Positions 12,555 through 23,268 of a DNA stretch of 64,000 bases are shown piece after piece. A program made the position numbers and the translations under genes. The notes beneath the pieces were generated by a model. That model saw only the letters and a list, made by a program, of their open reading frames with translations, was not told where the DNA came from and searched no databases. Each line of letters starts with the position of its first letter. Within the stretch, counting starts at the first letter, position 1. This DNA is from Squalus acanthias (taxonomy: Eukaryota). The stretch is from positions 54,498,001 to 54,562,000 of the forward strand of contig CM059437.1 in the NCBI GenBank assembly GCA_030390025.1, read 5' to 3'.

Positions 12555-14970
12555 CACAATTATTACAATAAAGGCCGACATTCCATTTGTCTTCCTAATT
12601 ACTTGCTGCACCTGCATGTTAACTTTTTGTGTTTCATGTGCAAGGACACCCAAATCCCTCTGTACCGCCGCATTCTGCAGTCTTTCTCCAATTAAATAAT
12701 AGTGTTCTTTTCTATTCTTCCTACCAAAGTGCATAATTTCAAATTTTCCCACATCATCCTCCATCTGCCAAATTCTTGCCCACTCACTTAACCTATCTAT
12801 ATCCCTTTGCAGACTCTTTATGTCCTCCTCACAACTTGCTTTCCCACCTATCTTTGTATCATCGGCAAATTTGGCTAAAATACACTTGCTTCTTTCATCC
12901 AAGTCATTAATATAGATTGTTAATAGTTGAGGCCCCAGCACTGATCCCTGTGGCACCCCATTAGTTACAGATTGCCATCCCGAAAATGACCCATTTATCC
13001 CGAGTCTCTGTTTTCTGTCAGTTAGCCAATCCTCTATCCAATCTAATATATTACCCCCAACACCATGAGCTCTTATCTTATGCAGTGACCCTTTATGTGG
13101 CACCTTGTCGAATGCCTTTTGGAAATTCAAATACACTACATCTACTGGTTCCCATTTATCCACCTGGCTCGTTACATTCTCAAAGAACTCTAATAGATTT
13201 GTCAAACACCATTTCCCTTTCATAAAACCATGTTGACTCTGTTTGATTGTATTATGATTTTCTAAATGCCCTGCTACTACTTCCTTAATAATGGATTCGA
13301 GCTGTTTTGCCAATGACAGATGTTAGGCTAACTGGCCTGTAGTTTCCTGCTTTCTGTCTACCTCCTTTTTTGAATAAGGCCATTACATTTGCGGTTTTCC
13401 AATCCGCAGGGACTTTTCCAGAGTCAAGGGAATTTTGGAAGATTACAACCAATGCATCCACTATCTCTGTAGCCACTACTTTTATGACCCTAGGTTGCAG
13501 GCCATCTGGTCCAGGGGACTTGTCAGCCTTTAGACCCATAAGTTTGCCTATCACTTTTTCTCTAGTGATAGCGATTGTTTTAAGTTCCTCCCTCCCTTTT
13601 GCCCCTTGATTGTCTACTATTACTGGGATGTTTTTAATGTCCTCTACTTTGAAGACAGGTGCAAAATATTTGTTCAATGCCTCCGCCATTTCCGTGTTTC
13701 CCATTATTAATACCCCAGTCTTGTCCTCTGAGTGACCAACATTTACTTTAGCTACTCTCTTCCTTTTTATATACTTGTGGAAGCTCTTACTGTCAGTTTT
13801 TTCTTTCTTGCTGGTTTACTCTCATAAGCTATTTTCTCCCTCTTTATTTTTTTAGTCATCCTTTGCTGGTTTCTAAAATTTTCACAATTTTCTGGCCTAC
13901 CACTAATCTTTGCAACATTGTATGCTCTTTCTTTCAATTTGATACTGTCCTTAACTTCCTTGGTTAGCCATGGTTGGTTCGTCCTTCTATTCAAGTCTTT
14001 CTTTCTCACTGAAATATATCTTTGTTGAGAGTCATGAAATATCTCTTTAAATGTCTGCCACTGCTTTTCTACTGTCTTATCTTCTAATCTATTTTCCCAG
14101 TCCACTTTAGCCAACTCTCTCCTCATACCTTTGTAATTCCCTTTATTTAAGTTTAATACTCTCGTTTCAGACCCAAGTTTCTCACCTTCAAACTGAATGT
14201 GGAATTCTGTCATTTTATGATCACTCTTCCCTAGAGGATCCTTTAGTCTGAGATAATTAATTAATCCTGTTTCATTTCACATTACCAGATCTAAAATAGC
14301 CTATTCCCTGGTCGGTTCCACAACGTATTGTTACAAGAAACTGCCCCGAATACACTCTAAGAACTCGTCCTCAAGGCTGCTTTTGCCAACTTGATTTGTC
14401 CAATCTATATGAAGATTAAAATCGCCCACAATTATTGCAGTACCTTTCTTACAAGCCCCCATTATTTCTTGATTTATACTCTGTCCTATCGTGTACCTAC
14501 TGTTAGGGGGCCGATAGACTGCTCCCACCAGTGCCTTCTTTCCCTTACTATTTCTTATCTCCACCCAAATTGATTCTACATCTGGAACTTCTGAGCCAAG
14601 ATCATTTTTCACTATTGTACTGATCTCATCCTCTACTAACAGAGCTACCCCACCTCCTTTCCCTTTCTGTCTATCAAATACCCCTGAATATTCAGTTCCC
14701 AGCCTTGGTCACTTTGCAACCACGTCTGTGTGATGGCTATTAGATCATACACATTTACTTCTATTTGTGCCGTCAATTCATCTATCTTGTTACGAATGCT
14801 GCGTGCATTCAGATAAAGAGCCTTTAATTTTGTCTTTTTATCATTTTTCCCTACTCTGACCTTATTTGCTGGTGCACTCTTATGTTTCTACGCTCTGTCC
14901 CTTCCGGTCGCACTCTGGTTTTCATTGCCCATATCGCTACCCTGCACTATTGCCCTGTCCTTTCTCTTTA
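12555..14970 (-). mobile_element. Degenerate CR1 LINE ORF2 (endonuclease plus RT), 3'-truncated
   Basis: ORFs 14331-14612 (VESIWVEIRN, VYRPP, GDFN), 13767-14213, 13285-13704 and 12543-13313 ([16 protein letters not shown]). Confidence 0.92.
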
Positions 14971-15584
14971 ACTGTTGGCGATAACTTATTTCTGGTCTTT
15001 CGAATAATCAGGATCGCATGCAAACCAATGTGGTGGGTATATTGTGTTTAATCGGAGTTTAGGATGGAATCTAACACACTAGTTATACAGCAAAACATAT
15101 GACTGTCACAATTAGCAGGTACCGGACCCGATCGGACAGACGGCTGGTGTGTGTGAACAAGTCTTCTTATTCATTTCCCTTCTTGTCTCACGTGTCCCTC
15201 TCTCTCTTTCTGAACTACCCAAGAGTTTTAGACTAGGGTCAGCATGGGTCCACTCTCGGAAGAGTGTTAGATCACCGATTTTACTCTTGGGAGCCCTTCG
15301 CTCCTTGGCTGAGCTAAGAGTTCTTTAGGTCTTCCTCTTATTTTATTTTTAGGGGTGGGCCTGAGGTAGAATATGGAAAGGACCATTTAACCTATAGAGG
15401 TTCCCCTTCAAACAAGGTGCCCAATGGCAAGTCGAGTTCTTTTTCTAAACGTACAGATGAAGAACCTCCCTCAGGGTGGTGGGTGGGGGGGCGGGTCTTC
15501 ACAACCATTATACATGCTTTCCTGTTTATACAAAAGTGAGAAGTCGCACAACACCAGGTTATAGTCCAATAGTTTTATTTGAAA

Positions 15585-15622
15585 TCACAAGCTTTCGGAG
15601 CTGCTGCTCCTTCGTCAGGTGA
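15585..15622 (-). ncRNA. Minimal type I hammerhead ribozyme motif (mirror arm)
   Basis: Minus strand tcac-CTGACGA-A-GGAGC(agca)GCTCC-GAAA-GC-TT-gtga. Confidence 0.78.
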
Positions 15623-15708
15623 AGTGAAGAAATACAAATCGTCACAGCATATATAGACAGAGAACATTGTTCTCTGTCTATATATGCTGTGCCGATTTGT
15701 ATTTCTTC

Positions 15709-15752
15709 AATTCACCTGACGAAGGAGCAGCAGCTCCGAAAGCTAGTGAATT
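15709..15752 (+). ncRNA. Minimal type I hammerhead ribozyme motif
   Basis: aattcac-CTGACGA-A-GGAGC(agca)GCTCC-GAAA-GC-TA-gtgaatt; 7-bp stem I, 5-bp stem II, palindromic AGCT stem III. Confidence 0.8.
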
Positions 15753-16203
15753 CAAATAAAACTGTTGAACTATAACCTTGTGTTGTGCGACTTCTCACTT
15801 TTGTCCACCCCAGTCCAACATCGGCATCTCCGCATAATTCCTGTTTATGCAGTTTTGAAGGCCAATCTATCTGGATGCCGCTTATCTCGTCTGACCCTGT
15901 ATCTCATCCTGTCTTGTCCTCCCTGGTCTGGAGTCAGTATCCCAGACACACCAAGCTTGGCCTTCAGACTCCTTCAGTCAGAGAACCCATTGTTGGAACT
16001 GCTTGCTATCAATTATTTATGTTCATGCAGCTGGCCATGCAAACTAACTATTTCATTTCATTAGTCAGACTATTGTATCATGAAATGAACCATAAATTCC
16101 CATAAATATCCTCTATTCTATGCCCTAAATACTAATTAACTTTTACATAACTTCACAAGCCGGTCTGTTAAGTGAACTCTAATTCCTACCTTAGCACTTT
16201 AAT

Positions 16204-16963
16204 GGGCCAGAAATTCGTGTCTCCACGGGTGAGTATGCGCTGGGTACTCACCCGTAGACCCAATGAAAGTGCCGGCTTCGCGCATGCACTGCGCATGCGC
16301 TGGAAACCGGAACTTCTGTTCCCCTGAAGGAAGGGGTTCAGAGGTCGAACACGTGCGCTGGAGAGGCAGTGCGCATGCAGTGAACGTCCTTTTGTTTTCA
16401 GGTTTCTCCATGAGGGTAAGTACGGAGAAGCTGCGCGGGAAAAAAGGAGGTGCAAGGCCTGCTTTTAACAAGGTAAGTGGTGAATTATGTACAATTTAAA
16501 AAATTTTGCAAAAGATTTATCTTTTTTACATAGTTTAAAGAAAGGTAAGTTTATTTTTAGCACCGTTAAAAAGTGTAATTAATTTTTTCAAAAATTTAAA
16601 TTTTTGTTTAAAGTAGTTAATTTATGTAATTTGTAGTTATTTGAAAAATGTGATTTTTTTTTTATTATTTGAAGTTTTAGTGAGGTTTTGTGGCCGATCT
16701 CTATTCATAGATTTTGCAGGTCTTCCTGTCAAAATCTATGAATGAAGATTCCCTGCTCCGATTGACTCTCCATGGCCCACGTGATCCCAGGGGACGCTTC
16801 AAACTAACTTCGCCCCTGGGATACGCAAGCACTGTGCACCGGCAGCTGCAGCAACCCCAGGAGCCGAATTCACGTGGGCCTGAAGCAGAACAGCAGGTGC
16901 GGTATGTAAGTACGCGCGCGATTCTTGCACCCGCAGGAAGCCAGATAGCCGAATTTCTGGCCC
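16204..16963. mobile_element. Non-autonomous PIF/Harbinger-type MITE
   Basis: Perfect 14-bp TIR GGGCCAGAAATTCG; flanks AAT/AAA; absent from the sister LTR near 9735. Confidence 0.88.
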
Positions 16964-17151
16964 AAAATGGTTATTAGTAATAATGGAAGAAACATGGGTT
17001 GGACCATCATTGACCAAATTATAGACACATTAAAAAAAGTCAAAATTCTAACTTACGAACAACAGACAGCTAGCCTGGCAAGCAAGGTCATGCTGTTGGT
17101 TCCTATGTGGGATGTTAAGCATCATCTAATTAAACGAACTAAAAACACTTT

Positions 17152-17896
17152 GGTCCGAAAATTAGACCTAATACGCGAGAGTACGCACTGTGTACTCTCG
17201 CATTTTAGGTCTCCAATTGCCGGTTTACAGCATGCACTGCGCATGCGCGGGAAACCAGCACTTCGTGAATTCAAAAGGGGGCGGTTCCTAGGTGAACCGC
17301 GTGCGCGCTACAGGCTGCGCGCACGCAGTGCACTTCGTGCTTTGAACGCGCAGGTAAGCATGGAAGATTTTACACATAAAGAAAGGAGGCGTAAGACCCT
17401 CTTTTAACAAGGTAAGTAGTTAATTAAGTATTATTTTAAATTTTTTTCAACAGGTTTATCTTTTTTAGAGACTTTAAAGAAAGGTAAGTTTATTTTTATA
17501 ACTTTTAAAATGATTTTAAATTTTTTCAAAAATTAAATTTTTTATTTAAAGTGGTTAATTTATTTAACTATACTGATTTTATTAATGTGATGGCTTTTTA
17601 AAAAAATTTAATTGAGGTTTAGCTGTTCTTTTGGAGGGCTATATTATTCATAGCTTTGACAGGACTTCCTGTCAAAACTATGAATGAAACATGGTGTGCT
17701 GCCATTGGCTCTAACTGAATCACGTGATCCCAGAGCTCGCACGAACTAATTGCGTCTCTGGGTCACGCAAGCACTGCACAGCTGCAGCCTTGAAACTAAA
17801 GTTCGTGTGGGCCCGGAGGAAAAAGGTAGGCGTGGAGTGAGATATCGCGGGGAAGCCTTACCCCCGCGTCAACACTCATTCTTTAATTTCCGGGCC
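17152..17896. mobile_element. Non-autonomous PIF/Harbinger-type MITE
   Basis: TIRs GGTCCGAAAATTA / TAATTTCCGGGCC; TSD TTT; empty site (cactttgtctcg) near 9920 in the sister LTR. Confidence 0.88.
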
Positions 17897-18087
17897 TTTG
17901 TCTCGATTCTAATACAAGTATTCCAGGAAACAAAACTTACGCAGTTCCAGTAAGACACCACATATACATTAACCCCTTACTTGTCTCGAGCAGAAACATA
18001 CAATCATTTAAACACTGTACTATTCACATCACAGTTTCATTCACATAACCATCTACGTTTTAAGGTACCCCTAATTTCTAACACCAC

Positions 18088-18545
18088 CTCACACTTATCT
18101 GTATTAAAATTAATTTGTCAATGACAGGCCTTTTCTGCAAATTTATTAATGTCTTCCTTCATTTTGTTGCATTCTTCCTTTGTATTAATTACATCTCCCA
18201 ATTTGATGTCATTCAGAAATTTTGAAATGGTACTTCTGATTCCCGAGTCTAAATCATTAATGTAAATTGTGAGCAATAATGATCCCAGCACCGATCCCTG
18301 TGGAATGCCACTTTCCACCTTTTGCCAGACTGAGCAGCAACACTTAACCCTCACTCTCTGTTTTCTGTTTTGTAGCGAGCCTGCTATCCGTTCTGCTAAA
18401 TGTCCCCTGACTCCGCATGCTCTGACCTTAGTTATAAGTTTATTATGCAGTACCTTATCAAAGGCCTTTTGAAAATCCAAATATGTTACATCTACTGAAT
18501 TCCCCTTGTCTACTATTACTGGTACTTCTTCAACGAATTCAATAA
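18088..18545 (-). mobile_element. Old CR1 fragment hosting the LTR element and the young CR1 (other pieces at 8563-8794 and 22093-22350)
   Basis: ORF 18118-18588 [20 protein letters not shown]; sequence continues across both insertions. Confidence 0.8.
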
Positions 18546-18547
18546 GG

Positions 18548-21500
18548 CAAACGAGACTCCAGGATGGTGTGTTGCCTCCCTGGTGCAAGGGTCAAGGACG
18601 TCTCAGAGCGGCTACAGAACATTCTGGAGGGGGAGGGCGAACAGCCAGTTGTCGTGGTGCACATAGGCATCAACGATATAGGTAAAAAAACGGGATGAGG
18701 TCCTAAAAGCAGAATATAGGGAGTTAGGAGGTAAATTAAAAAATAGGACCTCAAAGGTAGTAATCTCAGGATTGCTACCAGTGCCACGTGCTAGTCAGAG
18801 TAGAAATAGGAGGATATTTCAAATGAATACGTGGCTAGAGGAATGGTGCAAGGGGGAGGGATTCAAATTGCTTGGACATTGGAACCGGTTCTGGGGGAGG
18901 TGGGACCAGTACAAACGGGACGGTCTGCACCTGGGCAGGGCCGGGACCGATGTCCTAGGGGGAGTGTTTGCTAGTGCTGTTGGGGAGGGTTTAAACTAAA
19001 GTGGCAGGGGGTTGGGAACCTGAGCAGGGAGACAGAGGAAAGGGAAACAAGGATAAAAGCAAAAGACAGGAAGGAGAAAAACAAAAGTAGAAGGCAAAGA
19101 ACTCAACGGTTTAAATCAAACATGGTCACAGTAAATAATAATTCATATAGGTCTGAGAGCGTTAAAAAAACAAGCCTGAAGGCTTTGTGTCTTAATGCAA
19201 AGAGCATTCGGAACAAGGTGGATGAATTAGCTGCGCAAATAGAGGTAAATGAATACGATTTGATTGGGATTACAGAAACATGGCTCCAGGGTGGCCAAGG
19301 CTGGGAGCTCAACATCCAGGGGTATTCAATATTTAGGAAAGATAGACAAAAAAGAAAGGGAGGTGGGGTAGCATTGCTGGTTAAAGAGGGGATTAACACA
19401 ATTGAAAGGAAGGATATTAGCTCTGATGATGCGGAATCTGTATGGGTAGAACTGAGAAATAACAAGGGGCAGAAAACGTTAGTGGGAGTGGTATATAGAC
19501 CTCCAAACAGTAATACGAAGGTTGGGGATGGCATTAAAAGGGAAATTAGAGAAGCAAACAGTAAGGGCACAGCAGTCATCATGGGTGACATTAATTTACA
19601 TATAAATTGGGCTAACCAAATTAGCAAAACTACTGTGGAGGAGGAATTCCTAGAATGTTTACGGGATGGGTCTCTGGAACAAAATGTCGAGGAACCAACC
19701 AGAGATCAGGCCATCTTAGACTAGGTATTATGTAACGAGAAAGGATTAATTAGCAATCTTGTTGTACGAGGCCCCTTGGGTCAGAGTGATCATAATATGA
19801 TAGAATTCTTCATTAGGATGGAGAGTGAAGTAGTTGAATCAAAGACTAGGGTCCTGAATTAAAATAAAGGAAACTACGATGGTATGAGGCGCAAATTGGG
19901 TAGGATTGATTGGGGAATGTCACTCAAAGGGTTGACGGTGGATAGGCAATGGCAAACATTCAAAGACTGCATGGATGAACTACAGAATATGTTCATCCCA
20001 GTGTGGCATAAGAATAAAACAAAAAGGGTGACTCAACCGTGGCTAACAAGGGAAATTAGGGATAGCATAAGATCCAAGGAGAGGGCATATAAATTGACCA
20101 GAAAAAGCGGTAACCCTGAGGATTGGGAGCAGTTTAGGATTCAACAAAGGAGGACAAAGGGATTAATTAAGAAGGGGAAAATAGAATATGAAAGTAAGCT
20201 TGCAGGGAACATAAAAACTGACTGTAAGAGTTTTTATAGATATGTGAAGAGAAAAAGATTAGTGAAATCAAGTGTAGGTCCCTTGCAGTCAGGAGCGGGG
20301 CAAGTTATAATGGGGAACAAAGAAATGGCAGACCAATTAAATGCATATTTTGGTTCTGTCTTCACAAAGGAGGACACAAATAACCTCCCAGAGATGTTGG
20401 AGAACATAGGGTCTGATGAAAGGGATGAACTGAAAGAAATCTGTATTTGCATGAAAATGGTGTTAGGGAAATTGACGGAATTGAAGGCCGATAAATCCCC
20501 AGGGCCTGATAATCTACATCCTAGGGTACTTAAGGAAGTGGCCCCAGAAATAGTAGATGCATTGCTGATCATCTTCCAACATTCGATGGAATCTGGAACT
20601 GTACCCATGGATTGGAGGGTAGCTAATGTAACCCCACTATTCAAAAAGGGTGGTAGAGAGAAAGTGGGGAATTACAGACCGGTTAGCCTGACATCGGTAG
20701 TGGGGAAAATGCTAGAGTCCATTATAAAGGATGTAATAGCTGAGCACTTGAAAAACAGTGCCAGGATCGGACAAAGTCAACATGGATTTACAAAAGGTAA
20801 ATCGTGCTTGACTAATCTATTGGAATTATTTGAGGATGTAACTGGGAAAATAGATAAGGGAGAACCAGTAGATGTGGTGTATTTGGACTTTCAAAAGGCT
20901 TTCGATAAGGTTCCGCATAAGAGATTAGCGTGTAAAGTTAAGGCACATGGGATTGGGGGCAAGGTATTGACTTGGATAGAGAACTGGTTGGCGGGCAGAA
21001 AGCAAAGAGTAGTAATTAATGGGTCTTTTTCCGAGTGGCAAGCAGTGACTAGTGGGGTACCGCAGGGATCGGTCCTTGGACCCCAGCTATTCACAATATA
21101 CATTAATGATCTAGATAAAGGAACTAAATGTAATATCTCCAAGTTTGCAGATGACACAAAGCTGGGTGGGCGTGTGTGCTGCGAGGAGGATACCGAGAAA
21201 CTCCAGGATGATTTGGACAGGTTGGGTGAGTGGGCAGAAGCGTGGCAGATGCAATATAACGTGGATAAATGCGAGGTTATCCACTTTGGTGTCAAAAACA
21301 GAAAGGCAGACTATTATCTGAATGGCAATAGATTGGGAGAAGGGGAAGTGCAACGAGACCTTGGTGTCCTTGTGCACCAGTCGCTGAAGGTAAGCATGCA
21401 GGTGCAGCAGGCAGTGAAGAAGGCAAATGGTATGTTGGCCTTCATAGCGAAAGGGTTTGAGTATAGGAACAGGGATGTCCTGCTGCAGTTGTACAGGGCC

Positions 21501-22090
21501 TTGGTGAGACCACACCTTGAGTATTGTGTGCAGTTTTGGTCGCCTTATCTGAGGAAGGATGTTCTTGCCATGGAGGGAGTTCAGCGAAGATTCACAAGGC
21601 TGATACCTGGGATGGCAGGAATGACATATGAGGAGAGATTGGGTCGATTGGGCTTATACTCGCTGGAGTATAGAAGAATGAGAGGGGATCTCATCGAAAC
21701 ATATAAAATTCTGACAGGTCTGGACAAACTAGATGCAGGAAGAATGTTCCCGATGGTCGGAGAGTCCAGAACCAGGGGTCATAATCTAAGGATAAAGGGT
21801 AAGCCATTTAGGACAGAAATGAGGAAGAATTTCTTCACCCAGAGAGTGGTGAACCTGTGGAATTCTCTACCACAGAAAGTAGCTGAGGCCAAGTCATTAA
21901 ATATATTCAAGAATGAGTTAGATATATTTCTTAAAGCTAAAGGTATCAAGGGATATGGGGAGAAAGCAGGTACAGGGTACTGAGTTTGGATGATCAGCCA
22001 TGATCTCATCGAATGGCGGAGCAGGCTGGAGAGGTCGAATGGCCTACTCCTGCTCCGATCTTCAATGTTTCTATGTTTCTCTGTTTCTAT
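18548..22090 (+). mobile_element. Near full-length CR1 LINE: ORF1 esterase C-terminus, ORF2 endonuclease-RT with two in-frame stops
   Basis: ORF1 DGLHL esterase-like motif (18772-18999); endonuclease 19122-19724 and RT 19884-21983 in the same frame (FADDTK); 3' (ttctatgt)n tail. Confidence 0.95.
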
Positions 22091-23268
22091 GAAACATGAC
22101 CTTTACTTTTGAAATCTGTGCTGACTACTCTTTATTATGGTTTCGGTTTCCAGATGCTTTGCTATTACATCTTTGAGTAAAGATCCCATTATCTTTCCTG
22201 ACACTGACATTAAGCTATACGGACTTGTCCTGTCTCCCTTTTTAAATATAGGAATGAAATTAGTTGTCCGCCTGTCCTCTGGCACTATTCCCTTCTCTAA
22301 TGAATTGTTATATATATGTAATAGTGCCTCTGCTTTCTCTTCCCTAACCTCTTTTCGTGATGTATAGAGTAATAGAATCATACAGCACAGAATGGAGGCG
22401 ATTCGGCCCATCATGCCTGTGACAGCTCTTTCAAAGAGCTATCCAATTAATCCCTCTCCCTTGTTCTTTCCCCACAGCCCTGCAATGTTTTTCCTTTTCA
22501 AGAATATACAAATTCGCTTTGGAAAGTTTTTATTAAATCAGCTTCCACCGCACTTGCAGGCAATGCCTTCCAGACCACGACAAATAGCAGTGTAAAAAAA
22601 CTCTCCTCATCTCCCCTGGATTGTTTGCCAATTATCTTAAATCTGTGACATTCTGGTTACCGAGCCTCTTGCCAGTGGAAACAGTTTCTCCCTATCTAGT
22701 CTAGCAAAACCCATTCATAATTTTGAACACCTCTATTGAATCTTCCCTCAACCTTCTTTGATCTAACGAGAAAAATCCCAGCTTCCCTAGTCTCTCCGCA
22801 TAGCTGAATTCTCCCATCCCTGATAGCATTCTGGTAAATCTGCTTTGCAGTCTCTCCAAGGCCTTGATATTCTTTCCAATGTGTGGTGCCTAGAATTGGA
22901 GACAATAATTTAGCTGAGGCCTAACCAGTGTTTTACCATCATTTCCTAGCTTTTGTATTCTATGCCTCTATTTATATGCTTTTTTAACAGCTTTAGCAAC
23001 TTGTCCTGTCACCTTCAAAGATTTGTGTATGTAAACCACCAGGTGTCATTGATCCTGCACCCCCTTTACAATTGTACCATTTAGGTTATACTGTCCCTCC
23101 TTATATTATTTCCAAAATGCATCACTTCACACTTCTCTGCATTAAATTTCATCTTTCATGCGTCTGCCCATTTCACCAGTCAGTCTATTCCCTCGTGACG
23201 TCTGCTACTATCCTCCACATTGTTTATTACATTTCCACGCATTGTGTACTTCCATAAATATAAGCATT

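Larger units (their letters stand above)
15530..15837. mobile_element. Palindromic insertion with a hammerhead in each arm (Penelope pLTR-like)
   Basis: 137-bp arms 15530-15666 and 15668-15804; TSD ttcctgtttat(a/g)ca at 15519-15532 and 15838-15851; empty site at 9352-9365 in the sister LTR. Confidence 0.88.
8795..18083 (-). mobile_element. LTR retroelement/ERV-like provirus with two LTRs; interior largely replaced by other TEs
   Basis: LTRs 8795-10106 and 14973-18083 each run TGTT...AACA; 4-bp TSD CCAC at 8791-8794 and 18084-18087; polypurine tract (minus strand GGGAGGGGGGAC) abuts 10106; it interrupts a CR1 fragment that resumes at 18088. Confidence 0.88.

Noticed and set aside
20234-22009. 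Several antisense ORFs over CR1 ORF2
   Set aside because: Shadow frames of the LINE coding sequence.
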